A DNA stretch of 64,000 nucleotides. It comes from a virus. Lineage: Duplodnaviria > Heunggongvirae > Uroviricota > Caudoviricetes. Position numbers and translations under genes: made by a program. The stretch covers positions 106,256 to 170,255 of IMG/VR virus record IMGVR_UViG_3300023184_000031. The stretch is one strand, 5' to 3'. The notes beneath the pieces are model-generated. The model saw nothing but the letters and a program-made list of their open reading frames with translations, had not been told where the DNA came from and did not search any database. Shown piece by piece: positions 45,940 through 56,233 of this stretch (its first letter is position 1; each line of letters opens with the position of its first letter).

Positions 45940-47484
45940 ATGAAAAACTTAAAAAACCTTAAACTGCTTATATTAGCAGTGGTTTTATTATTCGGGTGTA
46001 GAAAAGATTCACTTTTCATTACAGATAATCCTGAAATTCCTAGTGTTGAATCTTTAGGCACAGGAGTAGTTCCTGATGACCCCGCTGCTGTTGAAAAAGT
46101 ACAGTTAAGAATTACACAAGATCTACTTGATGCTAAAATAGATTCTCTATTAGGTATTCCATCTTCTGAAAGAATAATAGCTAAAGGACCAAAAGAAAGA
46201 ATCCCACCTACTATTTCAATTACATCACCCTCTAACAACGACTCATTATCAGGTACTGTTACTATTAAATCAATTGCTACTGATAATATAGGTGTTGTAT
46301 CAGTTGCTTGTTATATTGATAATAACATATTAGCAACTGATGTAGCCGCTCCTTGGGATTTTACATTAAATACTCTAAACAGAGCAGGTGGTACGCATAT
46401 TATTAAAGTGACAGCTAAAGATGCTGCTGGTAATAGTGCATCTGCTTCTATTCAGGTAATAGTATATAACGGCTCAGGTGGTGGTGGAACTATTACTGAT
46501 ATAACTCCTCCATCAATTACAATTTTAACTCCTATAAATGGAACAACATTTAATATGGGAGATAACGTTAATATAACAACATCAGCAACAGATAATGTTG
46601 GTATAAGTAGTGTAAGTTTTAGTATTGATGGTACATTATGGGCTATAAAAACAATATCACCATATTCATATAACTGGTCTGCAATAAATGTACTTTCAGG
46701 TACACATACTATAACTGCAACAGCTAAAGATGCTGCTGGTAATAGTACATCAACAACTAATTTAATAACAATCAATACAATAATAACTCCACCAGTAAGC
46801 GGAGTACCTTCATCATTTGTATTAGTTACACCAACACCTAGAAGTCAAGGCGGAGAAGGCTCTTGTATGGCATGGGCAGTTGGCTACTCAGCATTCTCAA
46901 TAGATTGGGTATATAGAAATAATCAATCATCTTATAGTACAGCAACAAATATATTTAGCCCAGAATATCTTTATGATTATTATAGAATTAGATATGAAAT
47001 CCCAAACGGACAAGATCCCGCGAATTGTAATTTAGGTAGCTCACTTCAAGGTTGTGTTCAAATTATTCAAGACTCTGGGATTTGTACTTGGGATATGATG
47101 CCATATCAAAGTGGTATTTGTAATACAATGCCAAGTTCATCTCAATTTGCTAATGCTAGCCAACACAAATCAATTGGAACAACCAGAATTTATTCTACTG
47201 ATAGCGCTGGTATAAAAAATGCTATATATAATTTAAAGCATCCGATAATGATAGGAATGGATATTGATAATAATTTCTATAATGCTAGAGCTGGATACAT
47301 TTGGAATACATTTGGTACCAGCGTTGGTGGACACGGTTTAGCAGTAATTGGATGGGATGATAGTAAACATGCATTTAAAATAATGAACTCATGGGGTACA
47401 GGTTGGGGAGATGGAGGATTTTTATGGGTTGATTATAATATATTCTTTGCTCATACTTCATATTTTGTATATTATTTTAATTAA
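45940..47484 (+). CDS. Lipoprotein with two Ig-like domains and a C-terminal papain-family (C1) cysteine peptidase domain.
   Basis: 'LLFGCRKD' lipobox. Two ~80-aa repeats ending 'TAKDAAGNS'. 'QGGEGSCMAWAVGYS' (catalytic Cys). 'GGHGLAVIGWDD' (His). 'NSWGTGWGDGGFLWV' (Asn/Trp). Confidence 0.75.
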   Translation: MKNLKNLKLLILAVVLLFGCRKDSLFITDNPEIPSVESLGTGVVPDDPAAVEKVQLRITQDLLDAKIDSLLGIPSSERIIAKGPKERIPPTISITSPSNNDSLSGTVTIKSIATDNIGVVSVACYIDNNILATDVAAPWDFTLNTLNRAGGTHIIKVTAKDAAGNSASASIQVIVYNGSGGGGTITDITPPSITILTPINGTTFNMGDNVNITTSATDNVGISSVSFSIDGTLWAIKTISPYSYNWSAINVLSGTHTITATAKDAAGNSTSTTNLITINTIITPPVSGVPSSFVLVTPTPRSQGGEGSCMAWAVGYSAFSIDWVYRNNQSSYSTATNIFSPEYLYDYYRIRYEIPNGQDPANCNLGSSLQGCVQIIQDSGICTWDMMPYQSGICNTMPSSSQFANASQHKSIGTTRIYSTDSAGIKNAIYNLKHPIMIGMDIDNNFYNARAGYIWNTFGTSVGGHGLAVIGWDDSKHAFKIMNSWGTGWGDGGFLWVDYNIFFAHTSYFVYYFN

Positions 47485-47507
47485 TAATAACTTACCATAA
47501 TTAATTA

Positions 47508-47532
47508 AGCCCTCATTTTGAGGGCTTTTTTT
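47508..47532 (+). terminator. Rho-independent terminator.
   Basis: 'aagccctca-tttt-gagggctt' + 'ttttt'. Confidence 0.75.
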
Positions 47533-47561
47533 ATCATATTTATTGGAAACCAATTAAAAGT

Positions 47562-48137
47562 ATGAAACAGTCCCTCATTGTGCTGTTACTGCTGACCTTC
47601 TCTTTTATACTTAAAGCACAACCACTCGCCCAACAAGAAGTAGAACTATGTCCTGGTATTAGAACTAATTTTACTTACTTTTCCACTGCAATTACCACAA
47701 CAGGAAACTGGACGTGGACACTAAATGGAATCCCTATCTCCACAATTAGTAATACTAATATAAACTGGACTGATACAGGATATTTCACTATTAAAGTACA
47801 ATATATTGATAGCTGCGGTGTTGATACTAAATCATATATAGTACATGTATCTAAATGTAGACCAGCAGTTATATATTTTCCAAACGCATTTACACCCAAT
47901 AGAGATGGAATTAATGATGGTTGGAGACCTATAGGCGTTAATATAGTAAGTATAAAATATAACATCTGGAATAGATGGGGTGAAAGAGTATTTGAGGGTC
48001 ATAGCATGAATGATAAATGGAATGGGATGTATAAAGGAATGCCTCAAGATATAGCTACTTTTGTTGTACAAGCATTTTGGAAAGATATTACAGGAAAAGA
48101 GGGATATTACAAAGGTTTTATTATATTGATAAGATGA
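47562..48137 (+). CDS. Secreted protein with type-B T9SS (gliding-motility-associated) C-terminal domain.
   Basis: Signal peptide. 'VIYFPNAFTPNRDGINDGWRPIG...KWNGMYKGMPQDIATFVVQAF' matches the PNAFSPNGDGIND-type CTD. Confidence 0.7.
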   Translation: MKQSLIVLLLLTFSFILKAQPLAQQEVELCPGIRTNFTYFSTAITTTGNWTWTLNGIPISTISNTNINWTDTGYFTIKVQYIDSCGVDTKSYIVHVSKCRPAVIYFPNAFTPNRDGINDGWRPIGVNIVSIKYNIWNRWGERVFEGHSMNDKWNGMYKGMPQDIATFVVQAFWKDITGKEGYYKGFIILIR

Positions 48138-49258
48138 GAATATTATTAGTTATATTACTATTACCCTTTTTGGGTTATTCACAATGCGGTAATTTAGATT
48201 TTGAAACAGGTAATTTTACTGGTTGGAATGCTAGATTAGGTACTTGTTGTCCTATTGCTTTACCAACAGCTGGATTTGCTAATACCAGACAAACAATAAT
48301 GACCCAAGGCATTGATCCTCACACTTGTGGAGGATTAAGAACAGTATATCAAGGAACATACTCAGCAAGATTGGGCAATGATAGAGTAGGTGCTCAAGCA
48401 GAAGGATTATCATATTCATTTGTTGTGACACCTCAAACAAATATTATTAAATATGCTTATGCTGTTGTATTTCAAGACCCAGGACACTCTCCAGCTGATC
48501 AACCTCGATTTCAATCACGTGTTAGATTAGCAAATGGTACAGTAATACCTTGTACTGATTATACAGTAACAGCAGCATCTAATTTACCTGGGTTTCAGTA
48601 TTGTCCACCTCCACCTCCTGATACAGCAAATGTTGCTTGGAAAGATTGGACTGAAGTTGCTTTAGATTTATCTGCTTATACTGGTCAAACAGTATCACTT
48701 GAATTTGAAACAGGCGATTGCAAATTAAGAGGTCACTATGGATATGCTTATATAGATGCTGTTCAATGTGGAATGTTAGATACTCATGTACCCTATTGTA
48801 GTGGAGACAATTTATTAACTATAAACGCAATGGGTGGTTTTGTTAGTTATCTTTGGGAGAACGGAGATACAACTCAAACAACGACTATCAATCCTAATTT
48901 ATACGATACTGTATCTTGTGTTGTAACAACATATAGCGGCTGTCAAATAACATTACATTATATATTAGACGCAACACCAATTATTCCCTCATTTACAGCA
49001 CCTAATGTTTGTTTAGGTAACCCAACTCAATTCAATAACACAACACAACCACTTCCCGGTTATACACTGCTATATAGTTGGAATTTTGGTGATAATAATA
49101 CCTCTACTGTTGTTTCTCCATCTCATACCTATTTATCTGTAGGAACATATAATATTACACTTACTGCTAATGCATTAGGTAGTTCGTGTAATGCATCTGT
49201 TCAGGGACAAGTAATAGTAAAACCATTACCAACAATAACCCCAATTATACATAATTAA
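48134..49258 (+). CDS. Secreted protein with C-terminal PKD domain.
   Basis: Signal peptide 'MRILLVILLLPFLGYSQC'. 'YSWNFGDNNTSTVVSPSHTYLSVGTYNITLTA' PKD signature. ATGA overlap with the upstream gene. Confidence 0.7.
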   Translation: MRILLVILLLPFLGYSQCGNLDFETGNFTGWNARLGTCCPIALPTAGFANTRQTIMTQGIDPHTCGGLRTVYQGTYSARLGNDRVGAQAEGLSYSFVVTPQTNIIKYAYAVVFQDPGHSPADQPRFQSRVRLANGTVIPCTDYTVTAASNLPGFQYCPPPPPDTANVAWKDWTEVALDLSAYTGQTVSLEFETGDCKLRGHYGYAYIDAVQCGMLDTHVPYCSGDNLLTINAMGGFVSYLWENGDTTQTTTINPNLYDTVSCVVTTYSGCQITLHYILDATPIIPSFTAPNVCLGNPTQFNNTTQPLPGYTLLYSWNFGDNNTSTVVSPSHTYLSVGTYNITLTANALGSSCNASVQGQVIVKPLPTITPIIHN

Positions 49259-49267
49259 AAAGAAAAC

Positions 49268-51565
49268 ATGAAAAAAATCGTTTTATTATTAACACTATTA
49301 TTTACAATAGCATTCGCTAATGCTAGGAAATTTTATTTTAGTTCTTCAACCGGTAACGACAGTTACACTACAACACAAGCACAAAACCAAGCTACACCTT
49401 GGGCAACATTAAGGAAATTAACACAGATGACTACCAATACAAATGGTACAACTGTATTTAGAGCAGGTGATAGTATTTGCTTTAAACGTGGAGATGTATT
49501 TGCTAATGGAATGGCTAATGGGTATTGTTCAGCTTATTGGTGGAATGTACAAGGTGATGCTTATTTTACAGCACCAAGTGGCACACCAGGTAATCCAATA
49601 GTAATTACTAATTATGGTGATCCAACTTTACCATTACCAAACTGGTTATATCCAACTGCAACATACCCTGTATCGACTTGGAATAGTAGAGAAGGTAGAG
49701 CAGTAATTGAATTTTCAGGCGTTCACGATATTGTTGTAGACGGTATCCAATCAAATGATTTTAGAGTACCAGAATGGGATAAATCGAATCCTGGTTATAC
49801 AGCAGGTTGGATATTAGGAGAACCTACACGTTCACCTGCTTATGGACAAGCAGGTTGTGTTTCAGATACTAATTTAAGAAAACAATTTGTAAGAAGATTT
49901 ACACTTAAAAACTGTGTATTCAATAATTGTATCTATGGTATTCAAGATTGTGCAATGTGGGATAGTAAAATAACTAATTGTACATTTACAAACTTTAAAT
50001 CATCAGCTGATACAGCTGGTACACATGATATAATGGCAGGTTCATTAGATGGATTGTGTGGATTTAATCTTGAAATTAGTCATAACCTTATTAAAGGAGC
50101 TTGGGGTAAATCAGGTAGGATTGGTTCGTGTGGTGGATTAGGTGGTGTAGCATTAGATATCTTTTGTCTACAAGATTCAAGAGTATGTTACAACACTGTT
50201 ATAGATTGTGATGGATTTATTGAGGTGGGTAATTTAGATCATAACGACACATTGAGTGGTGCTCAAAGAGATACATTTGCCTTTAATAAAATTATTAACT
50301 GTGGTCAGTTTGCTTATATTCATGGCTCAGTAGGAGATCCATTCGCAGGTAACAACCACCATTTAGCTTTTTGGAATAATATATGCATATCAAATAATAA
50401 AGATAGGTTTATAGGTTGGGGATTTGGTAAAGATGTTTATGGAGACGGACAAGGATTTGGAGTTGGTACACGTCAACCTTGGTGGTTTCTAAGAGACCCA
50501 TTTAATACACTAAATGTTGATCAAATGAGACCAACAGTAAATACTGTTCGAGGTTCTAATGTTATAACAGTAAGTACAAATGCAGGAATTTCTATTGGGT
50601 CAGTTTGGTTTACGGATGATGATAATTTAGCTAGTAATAATTATAAAACTGTTACTGTAACGGCTATTAATGGTAATACGCTTACATTAAGTGACACAGC
50701 AACAAGAACTGTTAATGGCTTTGTTTGTTCTGGTGAATCAGGATTTTATCTCCCAGTATCTAATCAAACCTGGAGCAATCCAGCTAATGGAGCTTGGAGT
50801 AATTATGGTGGTGGTAGATTTACAATACAATACGCTGGCGACTTATATGTTCATGGTAATCAATATGATACTTTATTTGATATGAGAAATAATATATTCT
50901 ATTGGACTACAGGTATGCAGGGATTATATAATAGAACTAGATTTAAAAGAAATAATAATATATATATGCCAATTGGTGGCTGTCGATATCCATCAGCATT
51001 AGGAGGTACTTTAAATTCAAATGAAAGAATAATAACATCAAAAATATTTACTGATACTTTAGCTTTATATCCTGAAAATTGGGACTTACACCCAGTAGAT
51101 ACGAGTTATGCTTATAGAGGTGGAACTCCAATTCCAGGATTTAATGTTGATTTTGAAGGATATCCAATCACAGCTCCATTTATAGGATTATATACAAAAT
51201 TAGGTGCTGTTAGTATTGATACTTGTAGATTTACTTATGGACAATGGTCAGTATGCAATAGTAGTTATCAAACAAGACCATACACTACCTCACCTGTTAA
51301 CTGTATAGGAACACCTCCATTAGATAGTATTCAAAGAACTTGCAGTAATACAATTACAGTAACTCGTTTTTATTATAATTCAAGTCGCACTAGTATTCGT
51401 GTTGAATCTAACATAGCAGGGACGATAACAATTCAGAACACATTAGGACAAGTAGTTCGTGTGTTAAGTTATCCTGCAGGTAATAACTTGATTAATGTGA
51501 GTATGTTAGCAAGAGGATTTTATTTAGCATCAACTTACAATCAAACAATTCGATTCTTTAGATAG
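49268..51565 (+). CDS. Secreted right-handed beta-helix (pectate-lyase/depolymerase-like) protein with type-A T9SS C-terminal sorting domain.
   Basis: Signal peptide 'MKKIVLLLTLLFTIAFANA'. Repeated 'NC.F.N' beta-helix rungs. C-terminal ~80 aa 'TITIQNTLGQVVRVLSYPAGNNLINVSMLARGFYLASTYNQTIRFFR'. Confidence 0.7.
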   Translation: MKKIVLLLTLLFTIAFANARKFYFSSSTGNDSYTTTQAQNQATPWATLRKLTQMTTNTNGTTVFRAGDSICFKRGDVFANGMANGYCSAYWWNVQGDAYFTAPSGTPGNPIVITNYGDPTLPLPNWLYPTATYPVSTWNSREGRAVIEFSGVHDIVVDGIQSNDFRVPEWDKSNPGYTAGWILGEPTRSPAYGQAGCVSDTNLRKQFVRRFTLKNCVFNNCIYGIQDCAMWDSKITNCTFTNFKSSADTAGTHDIMAGSLDGLCGFNLEISHNLIKGAWGKSGRIGSCGGLGGVALDIFCLQDSRVCYNTVIDCDGFIEVGNLDHNDTLSGAQRDTFAFNKIINCGQFAYIHGSVGDPFAGNNHHLAFWNNICISNNKDRFIGWGFGKDVYGDGQGFGVGTRQPWWFLRDPFNTLNVDQMRPTVNTVRGSNVITVSTNAGISIGSVWFTDDDNLASNNYKTVTVTAINGNTLTLSDTATRTVNGFVCSGESGFYLPVSNQTWSNPANGAWSNYGGGRFTIQYAGDLYVHGNQYDTLFDMRNNIFYWTTGMQGLYNRTRFKRNNNIYMPIGGCRYPSALGGTLNSNERIITSKIFTDTLALYPENWDLHPVDTSYAYRGGTPIPGFNVDFEGYPITAPFIGLYTKLGAVSIDTCRFTYGQWSVCNSSYQTRPYTTSPVNCIGTPPLDSIQRTCSNTITVTRFYYNSSRTSIRVESNIAGTITIQNTLGQVVRVLSYPAGNNLINVSMLARGFYLASTYNQTIRFFR

Positions 51566-51634
51566 ATTTTAGCAGGTTTGTTGTTATAGATAGTAGTGGT
51601 CAATATTTATACCCGTAAATAACCATTAACTACC

Positions 51635-52642
51635 ATGAAAAAATTACTAGTGTGTCTTGTGACATTGTGGATATTGTCTACAAATGTCAACGCCCAATGT
51701 ACAGACGTATTTGGGAATATAGTCGAGTGTCCTACTGAGAACGACTCGCTAGCAGTTTACAACAACGCTTTAAAAGTATATGATTTTTACGAAAAGAGTC
51801 CTAATTATAGAAAATTATCTTCTAGAAAGTTAAGAACAAGACAAGACGTATTAAATTGTTTCTATAGTTTACAAGATGCAGTTGATAGTTTTAGAACATT
51901 ATGGCAAAGAAGAGAACAAGTATTAAAAGGAGCTGATTTACCTGGAGTATTATTACCTAGAGGGGGTAGAAATATACCTATAAATGAATATTATCAATAT
52001 ATTGATGCTTATAGATTCTATCAACGCGAATTAGAAAATGGAATATTAAATACTAATTCACCATTTCCTATTTATGATACTAGAATCAATCCTTTAGTTG
52101 TTAACTCATATAACAATGAAATAGGATATGATGATTTCAATGGTGACTTTGTTAACGTAGCATTATATATTCCAGTAACAATTAAGCCATTTAGATTATT
52201 AACTGATTCAGAAAAAGTAATAAGACAAAAGATACTTAGTGGTATAATTCCAAATAAGGTTATTCCAAAAACTACTAAAAAGGATAAACCAAAACCACAA
52301 ATACCACCTCCAGGTAAAAGAATAACATCTGATACTACATTATTACCTAGTGCTAATATTGATTTTGATACAATAAGATTAGTTAAAAAAGATGAAATGA
52401 TATTTGGTAAAGTACCATCTGATGGTATTCCTATATACTTATGGGAACCAAATGGTGGTGGATGGATAATTGGTTGGATGGTAAAAAGACAATTTAGAAA
52501 ATTCTTACCAACAGATGAACATTATTGGTCAGTACCTAAACGTATTAAAGCATTTTTAAATGATGATGCTGCTGTTGAGAAATACTTAAGATTAAAATAT
52601 GGTGACTACTATGATGGTTACTATTTTGGAGGGCAAGATTAA
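51635..52642 (+). CDS. Secreted hypothetical protein.
   Basis: Signal peptide 'MKKLLVCLVTLWILSTNVNA'. Confidence 0.5.
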   Translation: MKKLLVCLVTLWILSTNVNAQCTDVFGNIVECPTENDSLAVYNNALKVYDFYEKSPNYRKLSSRKLRTRQDVLNCFYSLQDAVDSFRTLWQRREQVLKGADLPGVLLPRGGRNIPINEYYQYIDAYRFYQRELENGILNTNSPFPIYDTRINPLVVNSYNNEIGYDDFNGDFVNVALYIPVTIKPFRLLTDSEKVIRQKILSGIIPNKVIPKTTKKDKPKPQIPPPGKRITSDTTLLPSANIDFDTIRLVKKDEMIFGKVPSDGIPIYLWEPNGGGWIIGWMVKRQFRKFLPTDEHYWSVPKRIKAFLNDDAAVEKYLRLKYGDYYDGYYFGGQD

Positions 52643-52691
52643 CTTCGTACATTCATAGTGTTAAATAATTAAAAACCAAAAACAATAAGTT

Positions 52692-53492
52692 ATGAATCAA
52701 GAATTGAACACAAGTAGCATGATGAGTAGCAACAGTTACTCACTTGATGAAATTAAAATTATGGCTCCATCAGTATTTACTACTGAGAAAGCAGCTCACC
52801 TAACAGACAAATATATCCAAACACCAACATCACGTGTGGTTGAGGATTTAATGGCATTGGGTTGGCAGGTAACTAAAGCACAAGAAGTTAGATCTAAGAA
52901 ATTTAAAGGATTCCAAAAACACATTGTCGTATTTAGACACCCAGACATTCAAATTAAGGGTAAGAACGGTGATGATTCGTTTCCACAGATCCTATTGACA
53001 AATAGTCATGATGGTAAAGCAGCATTTAATTTCAGAGTAGGTATATTCCGTCTTGTGTGTAGTAATGGATTGGTTATTAGTGATGCTGATTTTAGTAATG
53101 TGAGCATCCGCCATACCAATTACACATTTGAGTCATTACAGGCGAAAGTAAACGAGGTAATTGAGAAGTTACCAGGTCTGGTACAGAAGATTAATCTGTT
53201 TAAAAACACAAACCTAACTGAAGCTCAAATGACTGATTTCGCTTATAAAGCAGTATCATTGCGTAGCAAAGCAACAGTTAATATTATGGAAGTGCTTGAA
53301 GCGACTCGTAGTGAAGATCAAGGTAATGATTTATGGGCTGTGTTTAATAGAGTACAAGAGAAAGTGTTGGGTGGTAGTTATAGCTACGGACGTAAACAAC
53401 GTAAGGCACGTTCAGTAACATCATTCCAAAAGGATATTGAGTTGAATGAGAAATTGTTTGAATTAGCAGGTTCGTATTTAGTAGAAGCTTAA
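52692..53492 (+). CDS. Phage/plasmid-associated protein (DUF932-like), tentative.
   Basis: 'FRLVCSNGLVI' and overall size recall the DUF932 family. Preceded by the conserved promoter motif and followed by a terminator. Confidence 0.4.
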   Translation: MNQELNTSSMMSSNSYSLDEIKIMAPSVFTTEKAAHLTDKYIQTPTSRVVEDLMALGWQVTKAQEVRSKKFKGFQKHIVVFRHPDIQIKGKNGDDSFPQILLTNSHDGKAAFNFRVGIFRLVCSNGLVISDADFSNVSIRHTNYTFESLQAKVNEVIEKLPGLVQKINLFKNTNLTEAQMTDFAYKAVSLRSKATVNIMEVLEATRSEDQGNDLWAVFNRVQEKVLGGSYSYGRKQRKARSVTSFQKDIELNEKLFELAGSYLVEA

Positions 53493-53498
53493 GAAATT

Positions 53499-53520
53499 GG
53501 AGGGGCGAAAGCCCCTCCTT
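53499..53520 (+). terminator. Rho-independent terminator.
   Basis: 'ggaggggc-gaaa-gcccctcc' + 'tt'. Confidence 0.65.
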
Positions 53521-53531
53521 ATATTTACGTT

Positions 53532-53867
53532 ATGGAAAAGATATACAAGTGTCCTAAATGCGACGAACAAGAAAATTTACATTTCAATTATGATTACAAT
53601 CAACAACACAGACCTATTAAAGATGTGTTATGCAATGAATGTGGTACAACATTTGATGGTAATATGTCTGTAGATGCTCTTCTAACTAAACCCGGTTTTG
53701 TTGAACGCAGAATGGCGCTTGGTAAACACAACAACGACAAACAATGGGATGACATATATGAAGAATATTCTATGGAACAATATCCCCCCTTTGGTGGGCC
53801 ATTTACTGACGCATTATCATTTATTGATTGGTTAAAACAATATTATATAGTACCAGAAAGAATATAG
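53532..53867 (+). CDS. Zinc-ribbon protein.
   Basis: 'CPKCDEQ...CNECG'. Confidence 0.45.
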   Translation: MEKIYKCPKCDEQENLHFNYDYNQQHRPIKDVLCNECGTTFDGNMSVDALLTKPGFVERRMALGKHNNDKQWDDIYEEYSMEQYPPFGGPFTDALSFIDWLKQYYIVPERI

Positions 53868-53869
53868 CT

Positions 53870-54193
53870 ATGGGTAAATACACAGAAGAAGAATGGATTG
53901 CATTAAATAATGCTGTACCCTCAAAGCAAGAATATCCTGAATTAGAAGGGACATTAGCCCTTTGTAACGAAATTATTAATAATAGAGAAATGAATAAAGG
54001 AAAATTATTTAAAACAGGATGGGATAATTGGTTATTAAAAGTAAATGGTATATCATATCCAATTCATCAACAACATTCTTTTTGGTTAAAGATATTTGGT
54101 GAAGAAGGAATGGAACTTGCTTTTGAAAGGCAAGGTAGTGAAGTTATATTAAAAGCAAACGGGCCAGATACACACTCCTACACACAAGATTAA
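53870..54193 (+). CDS. Hypothetical protein.
   Basis: ORF; start trimmed to MGKYTEEEW. Confidence 0.4.
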   Translation: MGKYTEEEWIALNNAVPSKQEYPELEGTLALCNEIINNREMNKGKLFKTGWDNWLLKVNGISYPIHQQHSFWLKIFGEEGMELAFERQGSEVILKANGPDTHSYTQD

Positions 54194-54196
54194 GTT

Positions 54197-54481
54197 ATGA
54201 AAAAAAATAAAGATGAAATCATTGTTGAAGAAATGATCAACAAAATGTTTGAGATAGCAGGTCATCAAGTTACCTTTGAAGATATTAAAGGTAGAACTGA
54301 TAACTGGTATCAACAATGGACAATGACTGAAGCGCAAAACAAAGAATGGAGAGAATGGGGTGTAAAATACCTTAAAAAACAGAAAGGTTTGTATAAGCAC
54401 TACGCTGAAAGACAAATGGCTATGTTTGATCTGAATTACGGATTAAAATTCGAACAATTAGAAACAAATAAAACAATATAA
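54197..54481 (+). CDS. Hypothetical protein.
   Basis: ORF with 'taagttatg' start context. Confidence 0.45.
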   Translation: MKKNKDEIIVEEMINKMFEIAGHQVTFEDIKGRTDNWYQQWTMTEAQNKEWREWGVKYLKKQKGLYKHYAERQMAMFDLNYGLKFEQLETNKTI

Positions 54482-54483
54482 CA

Positions 54484-54789
54484 ATGGCAAGAGCTAAAAA
54501 AACAACAGTACAAGAATTAAAGGAATTGATTGAAGCAACTCCTAAAGCAAAAACATTAACTAAAGCTCAATTCAAAACACTTGAAGAAGTATCTGAGAAA
54601 CTATCAGCTATAAGACGTGGTTTGTATGAGTTAGAAGGCGAAGAAAACATTAGTACAATTATGTTTAAAGTAGGATCAGTACATACTAATGCTGATTGGT
54701 GTGAAGATGCAGTAAGTGATATCATTAATTCATTTGATGAGGATAATTATGAAGATTGTGATGATGAGGATGATGATAATAGATGGTAA
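54484..54789 (+). CDS. Acidic hypothetical protein.
   Basis: ORF with Asp/Glu-rich C-terminus. Confidence 0.45.
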   Translation: MARAKKTTVQELKELIEATPKAKTLTKAQFKTLEEVSEKLSAIRRGLYELEGEENISTIMFKVGSVHTNADWCEDAVSDIINSFDEDNYEDCDDEDDDNRW

Positions 54790-54817
54790 GGCAAAACAAT
54801 AATCGTACATTCACGTT

Positions 54818-55372
54818 ATGATAATATTTAAAGGTAAAAAACGTAAATACATTCACACTAGAGATATTCATTTAAAGGATATTCGCGCTGTGTTTTTTCC
54901 AAAGAACTTCCATGAAAAATATCAATACTTAGGTTCAATACCTTGGAATGAAGAGGGAGCTATGTTCAAAGCAATGGAGCCGCTAGTAATCTTTATGGAT
55001 TATAAAGCAAAACCTAAATGGTGTCCTAGATGGGTATTACGTTTTTTACATTTATTTGGTAGTGATAACTCAATTGTTAGAGTAAGGAATAAACGTTTAT
55101 ATGAATTAGAGAGACGTTTGACTAAAGGTATTCAACTCACTGACTATAAGACTAAATGGGAGTGGTACGATTTAAGAATATCTGTTTATGGTACTGATCA
55201 AATGCAGAATCTAGCTGATGCTATTGAACATAAGTTTTATAGTGATGGACTTAGAGAAGATCTTGCAGATCAAATTAAAGAATTAGATCCAGATACTAAT
55301 TTCGATAAAGGATATTGTACTGAGAATTTAAAAAAAGAATTAGATAGATTAGAAACCATAAACGATAAATAA
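54818..55372 (+). CDS. Hypothetical protein.
   Basis: Preceded by the 'cgtacattcacgttatg' motif. Confidence 0.5.
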   Translation: MIIFKGKKRKYIHTRDIHLKDIRAVFFPKNFHEKYQYLGSIPWNEEGAMFKAMEPLVIFMDYKAKPKWCPRWVLRFLHLFGSDNSIVRVRNKRLYELERRLTKGIQLTDYKTKWEWYDLRISVYGTDQMQNLADAIEHKFYSDGLREDLADQIKELDPDTNFDKGYCTENLKKELDRLETINDK

Positions 55373-55373
55373 T

Positions 55374-55622
55374 ATGAGCGGAGGAGCATTTGACTACCAA
55401 CAATATAGTATTAAAACGATTGCTGAAGAAATTGAGCAAATAATAGAGCATAATTCTTACAAATTCCCAGACGATATAATTGAGGAATTTAAGACGGGTG
55501 TAGATATACTTAGAAAAGCTCATGTTTATGCTCAACGAATTGATTGGTTAATAAGTGGGGATGATGGCGAAGAATCATTCCGTGAACGATTAAAAGAAGA
55601 ATTAGATTGGTTGGCAAAATAA
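55374..55622 (+). CDS. Hypothetical protein.
   Basis: ORF. Confidence 0.45.
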   Translation: MSGGAFDYQQYSIKTIAEEIEQIIEHNSYKFPDDIIEEFKTGVDILRKAHVYAQRIDWLISGDDGEESFRERLKEELDWLAK

Positions 55623-55653
55623 CAATTGTATATTCAATTCAAATAAATAAGTT

Positions 55654-56214
55654 ATGAAAACATTAGTAATACATCCAGATGATAGATCAACAGATTTCCT
55701 GATTCCGATCTATATGAATCTCAAATCGTTTCCTGATTATGATGATGTAACAATCATTAGAGGTGGATATTCAAAAGATGAAGTTGATCAAATGATTAGA
55801 GAACATGATCGTATTATGATGATGGGTCATGGTTCACCTGGTGGTTTATTCTCAGTAGGTCAATTCGAATCACAAGGATTTATTATTAATCATACTACAG
55901 TTCCATTACTGCAAGATAAAGAATGTATATTTATTTGGTGTAACGCAGATCGATTCGTTGAAGCAAATAATCTAAAAGGATTATATAGTGGAATGTTTAT
56001 ATCAGAGATAAGCGAAGCAAATTACTGTGGACTACCAAATATACCACAAGAAGTGGTTAATGAATCAAATGATTTCTTCGCTGCTGAATTTGGATTAATA
56101 GCTGATAAACCACTGAATGAAATATATGATACAATTAAATACAACTACAATATATTAGCTGAAAATAATTCAATAGCAGAATATAATGCAGAGCGTCTAT
56201 ATTTAAACTCGTAA
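55654..56214 (+). CDS. Hypothetical protein.
   Basis: Preceded by the 'tgtatattcaattcaaataaataagttatg' motif. Confidence 0.5.
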   Translation: MKTLVIHPDDRSTDFLIPIYMNLKSFPDYDDVTIIRGGYSKDEVDQMIREHDRIMMMGHGSPGGLFSVGQFESQGFIINHTTVPLLQDKECIFIWCNADRFVEANNLKGLYSGMFISEISEANYCGLPNIPQEVVNESNDFFAAEFGLIADKPLNEIYDTIKYNYNILAENNSIAEYNAERLYLNS

Positions 56215-56233
56215 TTAAAAACCAAAAACATAA

